64,000 nucleotides of DNA from a virus. Under the pieces are notes generated by a model. It had not been told where the DNA came from. It ran no database searches and worked only from the letters and a program-made list of their open reading frames with translations. Positions within the stretch are counted from its first letter, which is position 1; every line of letters begins with the position of its first letter. Of the stretch, positions 1 through 9,850 are shown one piece after another. The translations under genes and the position numbers were made by a program. The stretch is from the IMG/VR virus record IMGVR_UViG_3300018080_000118, positions 32,001-96,000 of that record, one strand, 5' to 3'.

Positions 1-1
1 T

Positions 2-1171
2 GACCAGCAGACAAGCCTGGACTTCGATACCCTGGAGTACAACACAGCGCCTGACGGCGGCGTGATCCCTAAGGGAACCGTGGTTCCATTCATCGGTGGC
101 ACCGTCTGCCCTCCAGGGTGGAAGCGTGTTCTAGGGGAGGCTTCGGACGGAGACACTCCTTCAAACGTCGTCGAGGATATTCCAAAGGATATCTTCGAGA
201 AGATGGAGGTGACGTACAACTACGGGTCGGATGTCACTACGGTCAAGTTCGAGGTCCCCACAACCTCGGACTTCACCCTGGCCGTGAACACCGGCTGCGG
301 GTACAACCCCTGGTCAAACTACAAGAACCTCATGGCCGTGATAATGCGGCCGCCGCCCAACCCTCCGGTGATGAAGCTACAGGTCAGAAACCCGTTTACT
401 GGCCGTAAGCAGACCTGGTTCCGTGCGCGCCTCCCAGCGCCTCCGCCCCGGCCGCAGCGGTACGCCTTTGTCGAGGTGGGTCTTCTGAAAAACCTCATCG
501 TGCCTGGGCAGATCCTGCAGCTCATACCGGACAAGGATGCCCGCGAGCCCATGGATGGTCAGTTCTTCCCTGTGATCGGCGCGGTTCGTGTGTCTGGCGG
601 TTTCGTTGCGGAAGAGGTTGACTGGCAGACGAAGTCTTATCCTTCGTCCTACGAGACGCTCTATGGGCGCTTTAACATCTGGTCAATCGTGCCGTCTCCT
701 CTAGGCATTGCTACACTTATCAGCTCTGTCCGAGACATTATGCGTAACGTGAGCACGTTGCGGATGTACGACCCCACAGAGCACGGCGAACCGTTGCCGC
801 CTGTGCAGGCAGTTCCTGATAACAAGCAGTCGGAGCAGGTCGAGATCGATCTCCAAGGAGACTGGAGTGTGGCTCTTCAGCGCGTGAAGGATGGTGGCAA
901 TTCGTCGGTCATGCGTATACTGAATACTGGCTACGTCAAGAACACGTCTTCCGAATCCGGGAAGACGGGCACCGGCGCGCCGGAGCATAACCACAAGGTC
1001 GAGCCGTCCAGCGACGTGGAGATCATTTCCGGAGTAGCTGCTCAGGTTGTTCAGACGCAGGACGAAGCAGATAGGCCTCCAGTGGCTGTGAACCACGGCC
1101 ATGACTATCTCGGCGCGGGTGGCTACTCGCGACCAAAGGGTCGTGGCGTACTCATGTGCATCAAGCTATGA
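2..1171 (+). CDS. Tail fibre/tail-collar-like virion protein (5' truncated by window edge)
   Basis: The frame is open from position 2. IPKGTVVPFIGGTVCPPGW resembles the phage tail-collar motif. It also has HNH/HGH His pairs and a C-terminal ...VLMCIKL typical of collar/tip proteins. Confidence 0.55.
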   Translation, partial: DQQTSLDFDTLEYNTAPDGGVIPKGTVVPFIGGTVCPPGWKRVLGEASDGDTPSNVVEDIPKDIFEKMEVTYNYGSDVTTVKFEVPTTSDFTLAVNTGCGYNPWSNYKNLMAVIMRPPPNPPVMKLQVRNPFTGRKQTWFRARLPAPPPRPQRYAFVEVGLLKNLIVPGQILQLIPDKDAREPMDGQFFPVIGAVRVSGGFVAEEVDWQTKSYPSSYETLYGRFNIWSIVPSPLGIATLISSVRDIMRNVSTLRMYDPTEHGEPLPPVQAVPDNKQSEQVEIDLQGDWSVALQRVKDGGNSSVMRILNTGYVKNTSSESGKTGTGAPEHNHKVEPSSDVEIISGVAAQVVQTQDEADRPPVAVNHGHDYLGAGGYSRPKGRGVLMCIKL

Positions 1172-2544
1172 CAGACTTCATCTCACAATCTGGTCGAGCG
1201 CACACCAACAACTGGCTGAAGAACGGTAATCTGGTGCGCGTCCCCCGCTACACGAGCGCTCGCTCTTACGACAGCTTGCGGTTGACCGAGACACGGCCGG
1301 CGATGACCGTAGCCGATGTCCTCACACCAGAGGACCTCTCGCGGACCATCGGTTCGGCGAGGGAAGAGCGCTTCCTGGCCAACTGGGCAGTGTCCGGCAG
1401 CGAAGATGCCGTCGGGAGTGTGGATCTCGACCCGATGAACAGTCGCACGGGTCTGCGGTTTCGCTCGTTTGATAGTGGGCGGTTTCTCCGGGTGAGTTTC
1501 TTCAAGACGGGGACGATCACCCTGGAGCAGGAGATCGAGGTCGTCAACCAGTTCCGGGGGATGCCCGCCACCGCAGCCTACTCTGCTTATCGGATCGACG
1601 GCGAGGTGAAGATCGAGACGGAGATCGACTTTGGGTCCGAGACCCGGGCCGGGGTGCCATACTTCTCCAGCAACGTGGGCGCGTACCGGCGCATCACACA
1701 AGAAGTGGAGGAGTGTCCCCTCGGCCTGAGCACAGTCATTTTCCGCATCAAGGTGTCCGGTGATCGTGGAGAGTCTGTTGGTCTCAGCGGATTCGTCTTT
1801 GCGCTGGGCGCATACACCCTCGACCTCCCGTACTCCGAAGCGATCGGTGACGTACTGCTTCCGCGCGGAGCGGTCATCCTGTGGACGGGCGAGAACTGCC
1901 CACCAGGTTTCCGTGAGGTAGAGGGAGCCGACGACAGCTTCCTCTATCAGGTCTACGGGGACCCGAACGTGATGAACGGGGGCACGCAGGAGTATCCCGA
2001 CATCAAGCAGAAGGCGGAGACTGCAGACGAGAACAACCCGCTGGATCCCTACGAGAATGCCTTCGCCATCAAGGAGCCAGCGACCAGTGAGTTCCTTGGT
2101 GACAACGAACACTTTGCCCATCAGAAGACGAGCCTCTTCGGCGAGACGGCGGACAGCTGGCTCAGCCAGGGGCCGGATTCCATTCGGCGCTTGCGTACCG
2201 TGGACTTCAATGACTGCGGGGATCCCGAGACGCCTTACGGCGAGACCCCGGCCAACAGAAAGCAGTCCATCATCGCGGCCAGCAATGACTACAATGTCGG
2301 CTTCACCGATAAGGATGCGGTCCCGAGAATTCCGGTCATCACGAACGTAAGCGATATCGCGAAGTTCAAGCGCCAGACCGTCCAGAACTTGGTACTCCCT
2401 GGCGGCTCAAACGAGGACAGCGACCCAAGCAGCCCGCCGAGCGACGGCGACATCTGGCGTAATCCTCACAGACACGCCTTCCAGTCGAACCATATCGCCA
2501 CGCTGCCCCCATACTTCACAGTCAGATTCTGTGAGAAGATCTGA
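1168..2544 (+). CDS. Tail-collar-domain virion protein with N-terminal CBM-like beta-sandwich
   Basis: ATGA overlap with the previous stop. Motifs NNWLKNGN, LLPRGAVILWTGENCPPGF and a C-terminal HRH...PPYFTVRFCEKI. Confidence 0.6.
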   Translation: MTDFISQSGRAHTNNWLKNGNLVRVPRYTSARSYDSLRLTETRPAMTVADVLTPEDLSRTIGSAREERFLANWAVSGSEDAVGSVDLDPMNSRTGLRFRSFDSGRFLRVSFFKTGTITLEQEIEVVNQFRGMPATAAYSAYRIDGEVKIETEIDFGSETRAGVPYFSSNVGAYRRITQEVEECPLGLSTVIFRIKVSGDRGESVGLSGFVFALGAYTLDLPYSEAIGDVLLPRGAVILWTGENCPPGFREVEGADDSFLYQVYGDPNVMNGGTQEYPDIKQKAETADENNPLDPYENAFAIKEPATSEFLGDNEHFAHQKTSLFGETADSWLSQGPDSIRRLRTVDFNDCGDPETPYGETPANRKQSIIAASNDYNVGFTDKDAVPRIPVITNVSDIAKFKRQTVQNLVLPGGSNEDSDPSSPPSDGDIWRNPHRHAFQSNHIATLPPYFTVRFCEKI

Positions 2545-2861
2545 TGGATCGGCCTGTCTTTTACTACAGCGACCGGTGTCCGCACTGCGAGCGCGTCTTG
2601 CCCGAGATCGTTGATTTACTCAATAGGCGCGGTATACAGATGGTGATCAGGAAACCGACGCTGGTCGAGATGTCCGCAATCCCTGGGTACCCTACTTTGA
2701 AGCTCCCAGCGGTTGAAGGTGTCAGGGGCCAGCCTATCCTGCTTGTAGGCACCAAGATAGCCGAAGCGCTTCGTCAACAACCGGAGCTTCTGGATGGATC
2801 CTCTCACAATCGTCTCACAGAGCCTTCCGCTGGCGATGGCGACCCAGCCATACAGCTTTAA
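2544..2861 (+). CDS. Thioredoxin/glutaredoxin-like protein
   Basis: FYYSDRCPHC (CxxC) and GYPTL cis-Pro motif; translationally coupled (TGATG). Confidence 0.75.
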   Translation: MDRPVFYYSDRCPHCERVLPEIVDLLNRRGIQMVIRKPTLVEMSAIPGYPTLKLPAVEGVRGQPILLVGTKIAEALRQQPELLDGSSHNRLTEPSAGDGDPAIQL

Positions 2862-5800
2862 GCTGCAGGCCCTTGGTGGTTCTCTGCCTTACGTCTGGGC
2901 AATCGTTCCTGGCTACGGCACTCCTCCAACAGGCATCGTCCTCTCAGGGGACACGCTTCAGGCCAGTGCTGGCTCCATTGCCGAAACGGAAGTGGGGACG
3001 CACTCTTTCCGGGTGGAGGTCACAGACGGGTCGCTGACCAAGGTAACCGTCGATGTCAGCATCGCGGTAGAGCCGTACGGCTTCAGCCGCACACACCAAT
3101 TCCTGCTCGATCCGAGGCTCAAGACCCTCATCGAGCAGTATCTCGTGTCCGGGGCAGACAGGGAGAAGGTCGAGCTGCATTTCTTCCGGGACGTTGTCTC
3201 GGCCGTAGCCACCAACTTCGTGCATCTGGATCGCGACATTCTTGTCGACGCCTGGACGGGTATCTACCCCTACTCGACTGCGACCGACACTGATCTGCGA
3301 AGCGTCATCAACGCCATCACGTCGGACCTACTCTACTTCGCCGATCCGACGAAGTGGAACATCTCTGCCGTCACCCCAGGAGCCGGGACGTACCAGGTCG
3401 AGTACACGCTGACCCCGTCAACGGGCTTCTTCATCGGTCGCACTGGCGAGACCGACGCCACCACCGCTCGGCAGTGGTTCAAGCTCGTTGACGGAGATTC
3501 CGATGACGAGCCGCACGACGGGGACGGCAACCCTCTCGTGATCGTCAAGATTGAGGATGCCGATGGCATCGAGATCGATCCCAATACGCTCGCGTACCAG
3601 TCGGACTCCGACGGCTTCCACACGGGCAAGAACGCGGTAGGCGGCACTATCGGGTATGGGCTCACCTTCACGGTGGAGTTCGTGCCTAATCCGCACAGCC
3701 GCACGCCTGTACCACCCTGGAGCATGCGATCCGGTGTGCGCCAGGAGCTGCACGATCTCAGCCCCGAGGCCCTCATCAAGTTCGGGAATGTTCTTGGCGA
3801 GGTCGACGCGGATGTCATCGCCCTCATCAAGACAGCGCCCTACCTGCACGCCCTGAAGGTCGGCAATGACGTTGTTCCTGTGAATGCCGACCAGCAGATC
3901 GAGCTGCAGGGTCAGGATGGGATCGATCTCGATGCGGATCCGACGGCACACGTCATCCGGATCGCCTCTACGGCCATCCGATCCCTCAACGGAATCACGC
4001 CGGATGGCGCGGGCGACCTGGATCTCGTGGACGGGGAGTTCATCGAGATCGAGACAGAGGTGGACGAGCAGAAGCTCACGATCAAGACGGTCATCCCCGT
4101 GCAGGTCCCTCCCGGAGATCCGACACAAGAGCCTGTCCACTCCAAGGGCCTCATCTCACGCGACGACTACTCCAAGTTCCTGGAACTCATCTCGACGCAG
4201 CTAACGCGCCTCCACGGCCACACGGGCGAGGATCTGGTCCTCGGGACACCTGGCGATGGGTTTGCCGACGGCTACATCCCGCTGGATCCCCGGGCCTCCG
4301 TGGTCGAGACTGTCGACCGCATCAACGAAGCAATGCTCGTGCTCGCCGGAGGTACCCCGATCGTCCAGGATCTCGACAACGTGGATCTGGTCGAGGTCGC
4401 CGGGATCACACGGGAGCGCGGCTATCTGGCCGACGACTCCTCTGGATCACCGATCGGTGTCGTCTATGAGACGGGCGTCTACGACGCAGGCTCTGAGGCT
4501 CCGTACGTCTACAACGACGCGACCAACATCGCCGGCAGCGTTGCCATGGAGTTCGAGACGGCGCTGGAGTTTGGTCCCGTCGAAGGCACCGCCGGAACAG
4601 CGGACGACCTGGAGATCTACCTCAACGGCAGCTTGCTGGAGACGTGGACCCTCACTACAGCCAACCCCGCGACTGGCCCATCGCCAGGTGGCTACATGGA
4701 CATCACCAGTGTCCGTAGCGTCACCGGGACAAACGACGCGATCCGGCTCAAGGGCCTTGTGGACCCTTCCGATGCGACCGTGGCCCCGCTCCTGAACATC
4801 GGCTACAACTACTTTGAGCTGAAGCATGTCGACAACTCGGCCGTCGCCACGTACACCTCGGCCAAGTTCAAGGTCTTCCTCGACAGCGCCGTTCCCACGG
4901 CCGGAGGCCCCGCGCTTCCGTCGGACATCTGGGGCGATGCCCCCGGGAAGATCGACTGGCTTTCCGGCGTCAAATACTACTCCGGCGACAACGAGCTCCT
5001 GATCACCTTCACGGCCAACGATCTCTTCGAGGTCACGTACTACAGCTCGCCTTTCCAGGTGCGCGTGAATAGCCCCGCTGGATGGCAGCCGTGGACGGAC
5101 CTTCGCTGGAGCGACGCGCACGTGACCGGTGTCTCGACGCCCCCAGATACCACGGACGATCCGGTCTTCACGGACTACCCCACAGGACGGCCCGTGAAAG
5201 ACTACTCCGTTGCTCACTCGGGGCCGCAGCCGTACCTGGAGCTCAACCACACGCGCCCCTGCGACTCGGCTACCGTGACCAAGGCCAACAAGCTCGTCAC
5301 GGCCGCCGGCGACGATGTGATCTACACCCTCGGGAAGGCGGGGACGACCGACCTCTTCGAGAACTTCGAAGACGAGGTTTACCGCATCAATGCGTACGAT
5401 CCGCGATGGGGTGGCCCAGACTTCCCGGCGTTCCCAAGGATGGGGAAGGACGGCTTTGGCTGGGATTCTTCCCGTCCCCTCGGCTACGGCACCACTCCCT
5501 GGGGCGATGGCGGCGGAAAGGCTGGCGACCTCCAGGTGGTTCCCGACGCCAACCCCACGGGCCAGCCGTGGGAGGGTGCTCTTATCTGGCCGCAGTACGA
5601 CTATACCTCGGGCAGCTTCGCCCCAGCACAGGAGACGGGCCGCGACTACAGTACCGACTTTGGATCAACTGGCGCGGCCACCTTCTACCGGGCGATCAAG
5701 TTCGAGGACCTCTCCAGGACGAATGGCACCTTGCAGATCGTCGGCATCCAGTCGTCGCAGCTTGGCCTGTCGTACCTGGGCGGTGGAGGTACTGCGACGG

Positions 5801-6075
5801 GCGATGTGAATCTTGAGATCAAGTTTCCCGGGCGCAGGACCGGTTTCTTCTCTGGCTGGATGGACCTGACGAAGCTCGCCACCGGCACCTACAATGACGG
5901 TGACGGTGCGCTTTTCGGTATCATCCGGGACACCACCGTGAGCGGACAGAACGCGGTGGAGATCGACTGGACAGGCAACGGCCTCAGCACGAGGCACGCG
6001 GGCGAGATGATCATTCTGCGGGTGACCTACCGGGCTTCCTCACCGGTCATCTACCGCATCAGTGAAATTGGATAG
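2794..6075 (+). CDS. Large virion structural protein with N-terminal Ig-like (He_PIG-type) domain
   Basis: N-terminus LTIVSQSLPLAMATQPYSFKLQALGGSLPYVW...FRVEVTD; acidic T/G/D-rich composition; 1093 aa. Confidence 0.6.
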   Translation: MDPLTIVSQSLPLAMATQPYSFKLQALGGSLPYVWAIVPGYGTPPTGIVLSGDTLQASAGSIAETEVGTHSFRVEVTDGSLTKVTVDVSIAVEPYGFSRTHQFLLDPRLKTLIEQYLVSGADREKVELHFFRDVVSAVATNFVHLDRDILVDAWTGIYPYSTATDTDLRSVINAITSDLLYFADPTKWNISAVTPGAGTYQVEYTLTPSTGFFIGRTGETDATTARQWFKLVDGDSDDEPHDGDGNPLVIVKIEDADGIEIDPNTLAYQSDSDGFHTGKNAVGGTIGYGLTFTVEFVPNPHSRTPVPPWSMRSGVRQELHDLSPEALIKFGNVLGEVDADVIALIKTAPYLHALKVGNDVVPVNADQQIELQGQDGIDLDADPTAHVIRIASTAIRSLNGITPDGAGDLDLVDGEFIEIETEVDEQKLTIKTVIPVQVPPGDPTQEPVHSKGLISRDDYSKFLELISTQLTRLHGHTGEDLVLGTPGDGFADGYIPLDPRASVVETVDRINEAMLVLAGGTPIVQDLDNVDLVEVAGITRERGYLADDSSGSPIGVVYETGVYDAGSEAPYVYNDATNIAGSVAMEFETALEFGPVEGTAGTADDLEIYLNGSLLETWTLTTANPATGPSPGGYMDITSVRSVTGTNDAIRLKGLVDPSDATVAPLLNIGYNYFELKHVDNSAVATYTSAKFKVFLDSAVPTAGGPALPSDIWGDAPGKIDWLSGVKYYSGDNELLITFTANDLFEVTYYSSPFQVRVNSPAGWQPWTDLRWSDAHVTGVSTPPDTTDDPVFTDYPTGRPVKDYSVAHSGPQPYLELNHTRPCDSATVTKANKLVTAAGDDVIYTLGKAGTTDLFENFEDEVYRINAYDPRWGGPDFPAFPRMGKDGFGWDSSRPLGYGTTPWGDGGGKAGDLQVVPDANPTGQPWEGALIWPQYDYTSGSFAPAQETGRDYSTDFGSTGAATFYRAIKFEDLSRTNGTLQIVGIQSSQLGLSYLGGGGTATGDVNLEIKFPGRRTGFFSGWMDLTKLATGTYNDGDGALFGIIRDTTVSGQNAVEIDWTGNGLSTRHAGEMIILRVTYRASSPVIYRISEIG

Positions 6076-6086
6076 GGAGTTTAGCG

Positions 6087-7112
6087 ATGCCGCTGACTGA
6101 CAAAGAAAAGCAGTACCTGTCGCTGGCCACGAAGATCGTACTCGGGTACGGATCGACGGACGTGACCAAGCGCGTCATGGAGGAGCGCGAAGCGTTCTCG
6201 CCTTTCGCTCCACTGGCCAGCCGCCCCATCTTCAATCCCACGGAGATCTGGGGTGATGCTCTTCCAGGCACCCCGCCCACTGCCGACACGTCTGTCGTGG
6301 AGGTGTACCAGCAGTACCCTGCAGGCGCAGGGGCGCAGGGGACATGGAGGCTGACGCCCAACACGACAGCGGCCAATCCCAACATGAGCTGGCTTGCCAC
6401 CCTCGATCCCGTCTCGCCCTACTGGGGCGACGACCAGGATCCACGCCTGGAGAACTGGATTCCCGGCAAATACGGCGCGGCCTGGGAGCTGGAGCTGTAC
6501 GAGGACTCTGACGGCACCGGCAACAACGGCCCCAACCTGACTACTGGACAGATTCTGCCGTCCGACGCAGTCGGCTGGGTCTTCGATCCTCAGGCCGGCA
6601 TCCTCACGTTTGAGACGGACCCGACCGTCGCCCCGCACAACAAGGTCGCACCGTTCTGGGTCAAGGGCTACCGCTACGTTGGCCAGACCCTGCAGGATGT
6701 GATCAACGGCATCTCCGCTGGGGCCACCATCACGGTCGAGGATAGCGTACCGACGCCGTTCCCAGGCACCAACATCATCCGGTTCGGCTCCAACTTTGCC
6801 GTGACGAATCTTGGCAGTGGCCGTGTGCAGGTGTCGCTCGCGACAAGCACCACATGGCCGTGGGCCAACTACGAGGTGCTGGCCATCGTCGGCAACGGCA
6901 CGCCGGGGACCCCGAAAGACCTCTCCCTGGCCAACCCCGTGGCTGCCTCCGGGCAGAACGAGCGCGCGTTCGTCTACATGAACGGGGCGAAGCTCACCTA
7001 CGGCGCGACCAAAGACTTCACCTTCCCGAGTGCATCGACGCTGCGGCTCATGAACAACTCGGGCAGGATGATCACAATGGATGGGATGGAAATCGTAATC
7101 TACCACGAGTAA
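6087..7112 (+). CDS. Virion structural protein (tail/baseplate associated)
   Basis: GGGAG SD; WVFDPQAGILTF...YRYVG segment and a C-terminal VYMNG...DFT domain; structural gene context. Confidence 0.5.
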   Translation: MPLTDKEKQYLSLATKIVLGYGSTDVTKRVMEEREAFSPFAPLASRPIFNPTEIWGDALPGTPPTADTSVVEVYQQYPAGAGAQGTWRLTPNTTAANPNMSWLATLDPVSPYWGDDQDPRLENWIPGKYGAAWELELYEDSDGTGNNGPNLTTGQILPSDAVGWVFDPQAGILTFETDPTVAPHNKVAPFWVKGYRYVGQTLQDVINGISAGATITVEDSVPTPFPGTNIIRFGSNFAVTNLGSGRVQVSLATSTTWPWANYEVLAIVGNGTPGTPKDLSLANPVAASGQNERAFVYMNGAKLTYGATKDFTFPSASTLRLMNNSGRMITMDGMEIVIYHE

Positions 7113-7151
7113 GCGTGACCACTCATGGAGTTGTCACGGTGGAGGCTGACA

Positions 7152-8234
7152 ATGGCACGAGTCAGAGATGCACTGGTCAACTTTACCGGGGCCACAGTGG
7201 CCAACGGCGAAGTCCAGAAATACCTCGTCGACGCGCTGGGGACGGCTACGCTGCCCGGCGAGTTTGGCGTGAAACCGGCTGTGGTCGACCCGCTCGACGA
7301 CACTTCCCTGGACACCACCAAGTGGGCCGCTATTGGGTCTGCGGTCAGTGAGGGCTCGTATCTGAGCCGCGACTGCATCCTGCTCGATGGACCTCCGGCA
7401 ACACTCGGCTACGACACCGACGGCGTGATCTACAAGCCTGCGATCATGGGTACCGTCGGCGCGCTATGGCACTCGAAGTTCATCATGACCGACAACATCG
7501 AGTGGGTGGCTGGTTTGCAGGAGTATGCCTTCACGGTCAACAACGTGGTGACGCCCACGACGTGGACGCTGAAGTACCTGGTCACCCAGGTGCCGGACAA
7601 CTCCACCTACCTGCGCTTCCGTCCAGGACGGATCCAGGTGGTGCGTGGCGGCACGAACGGCCAGTTCATCGACATCCCGAACAGCTCGTGGCTCGCCAGC
7701 CATCCCACGGACACCACGCGTCAGTACCCGATCCACATCGCGTTCGTGTTCACCCTCAACGGCTACCAGATCTGGGTGCACCAGCCGGGTGTCTGGGAAG
7801 AGGCACGCCTCGTCCACACCGAGACACGCAGCACAGGAACACAGCCTGCCGACGGCTACTCCTTCTGCGTGGACAAATACAGCACCGACAGCCGCCTGGG
7901 ATTCTTCGATCCCTCGACCGGCTTTCGGAATGACTGCGTGGTCTCCGGAGCCGTCATTGACACGGCCCTGGTTCAGAACGCGGTGCAGCTCAACACGCTC
8001 CTCATGGACTACGTGACCGGCGGTGTCATCGGGCAGAGCGGTACGGTGCAGGTTCGGTTCCCCACTTACTCGCCGCGAGCCTACCTCCCGAGCGAGGTGG
8101 CCGAGATCACCGATGTGCTGAGCGGGGCGAACCAGTATCCCGTGGAGTTCCTACTTTCCGGGGATATCGCCATCAAGCACCCAACGAGGATCAACATCCT
8201 GGACTACGGTCTGGAAGAACAAGCGAGTAGCTAA
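7152..8234 (+). CDS. Virion structural protein, lectin-like beta fold likely
   Basis: GGAGG SD at 7141 supports the ATG at 7152; beta-rich composition. Confidence 0.45.
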   Translation: MARVRDALVNFTGATVANGEVQKYLVDALGTATLPGEFGVKPAVVDPLDDTSLDTTKWAAIGSAVSEGSYLSRDCILLDGPPATLGYDTDGVIYKPAIMGTVGALWHSKFIMTDNIEWVAGLQEYAFTVNNVVTPTTWTLKYLVTQVPDNSTYLRFRPGRIQVVRGGTNGQFIDIPNSSWLASHPTDTTRQYPIHIAFVFTLNGYQIWVHQPGVWEEARLVHTETRSTGTQPADGYSFCVDKYSTDSRLGFFDPSTGFRNDCVVSGAVIDTALVQNAVQLNTLLMDYVTGGVIGQSGTVQVRFPTYSPRAYLPSEVAEITDVLSGANQYPVEFLLSGDIAIKHPTRINILDYGLEEQASS

Positions 8235-9841
8235 TGGCCAGTCTCGGACACATCGACCTGTCCGTCAGCTTCCCCGACCCGGCAACGGGCCGGGGAGTTG
8301 CCGTCAATACCCTTACCATCGAGGTGCTGAATGTCTTCGGCACCACGGTGGACACCTTCGTGCTGGGCGATGCCCACGTCGTCCAAGAGTCGACCCTCCT
8401 GAGCGGTGTCGTCTACGTGGTCTACGACTACAGCATCGAGGATCCGGCAAAGACACCAGGCACGGCACTCACACTCAGGTACAGCGCAACCCGGGGGACC
8501 GAGAGCATCGGTACCACCACGAAGGTGGTCTCCTTCCGGCCAGCTGCCAAGGACTCGACTACCGGCGTTCTCGTCACATGGCCTGTACCGCTCGACGTCA
8601 TGGCGTCGGCCCGAGCTTCTGTGGACCCTCTGTTCTACGAGATTCGTCGTATCGACGAGAGGTTCGCGACCGACGACTTCATCCCGTCCTACACCCCCGG
8701 CAGATACACCCTGGCCTACTGGTCGCTGAACGGTAATCTGCTGGACTCGCAGACGCCGGCAGCAAACCTGACACTGGTGAACGGCCGCTTCATCCAGGAA
8801 GGCACGCAGGTCGATCCGATTCGTCTCGACGGTAACGGCTATGCGTGGACGGCCTCTTCGAAGCTCACCATGGACGCGGGACAGGATTTCTCGATGTCTG
8901 TGCTGCTCCGAGTAAACGCCGACGGCCCCACTGCCTTCGTCATGGGCAAGATGGGCGACAAAGGGACCAATGGCTACGGCATCTGGATCGAGAGCATCGG
9001 TGATCGGTATTACCCGTCCTTCTATATGGGTGATGGTACCAATCAGGTTCTGTTCACGAGCACGACACCGCTGTCTGTCGGACGCTACTACAACATCTGC
9101 GTGACCGTCGATCGAGACGGCATGGCCTACCTGTACGTCGATGGCGTGCGGCACACCGGGGGCGACGTGAGCACGATCGTCACAGCGGTTGGTGCTTCCT
9201 ACGATTTCAGGATCGGGGCCGAGCACGACGCCGATCCGCACTACATCTACGGCGACGTCGGCCACTGCATCATGTTCAGTGGGGTTCTGACTCCTCTGGA
9301 CATCGCGGAGATCTACGAGGGGATGCTCGGAAGTTCGTCCGAGGTCATTCTCGGGCGCTCCCTGTCGAACCAGTTCCTGGACACCGACATCTCCAACCCA
9401 TACCAGCGGCGGTACTACAAGTGGCGCATCTACCGCGCTGTACATGTGGCTTCTGGTGGCGAGGATGGCGCGGACTACAAGTTCGAGCTCATCCACGTGT
9501 ACAATTACAAGCAGGTGAAGGATACCGGCGCGCCTCTTTGTTTCGTACAAGGGCGCATGCGTGAACCGAACGACGCCTACCCAAACGAAGCCTATGTAAA
9601 GTTTTACGTGGCAGACCGGGACTCCGGGCAATTCGTGCATGGCCGGTACCTCGGGGACGACGAGATCATCGTGTTTCCCGACTCGGCCGGAAAGTTTGGC
9701 GCTTACCTGATCCAGGATTCGGTGATGGTGTGCCACATGCCCGAGGTCCACTCGGCGCTGCGGTTCGCGGTACCTCAGGCAGACACAGCCGATCTTGGTA
9801 GTATCCCAACGGAGCGTATCCGCCTGCGCAACAATATTTGA
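8234..9841 (+). CDS. LamG/concanavalin-A-like domain virion protein
   Basis: YWSLNGNLLDS...FSMSVLLR...YYNICVTVDRDGMAYLYVDG...FRIGA...LTPLDIAEIY matches the LamG_3 pattern. Confidence 0.75.
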   Translation: MASLGHIDLSVSFPDPATGRGVAVNTLTIEVLNVFGTTVDTFVLGDAHVVQESTLLSGVVYVVYDYSIEDPAKTPGTALTLRYSATRGTESIGTTTKVVSFRPAAKDSTTGVLVTWPVPLDVMASARASVDPLFYEIRRIDERFATDDFIPSYTPGRYTLAYWSLNGNLLDSQTPAANLTLVNGRFIQEGTQVDPIRLDGNGYAWTASSKLTMDAGQDFSMSVLLRVNADGPTAFVMGKMGDKGTNGYGIWIESIGDRYYPSFYMGDGTNQVLFTSTTPLSVGRYYNICVTVDRDGMAYLYVDGVRHTGGDVSTIVTAVGASYDFRIGAEHDADPHYIYGDVGHCIMFSGVLTPLDIAEIYEGMLGSSSEVILGRSLSNQFLDTDISNPYQRRYYKWRIYRAVHVASGGEDGADYKFELIHVYNYKQVKDTGAPLCFVQGRMREPNDAYPNEAYVKFYVADRDSGQFVHGRYLGDDEIIVFPDSAGKFGAYLIQDSVMVCHMPEVHSALRFAVPQADTADLGSIPTERIRLRNNI

Positions 9842-9850
9842 CGGTGAGTA

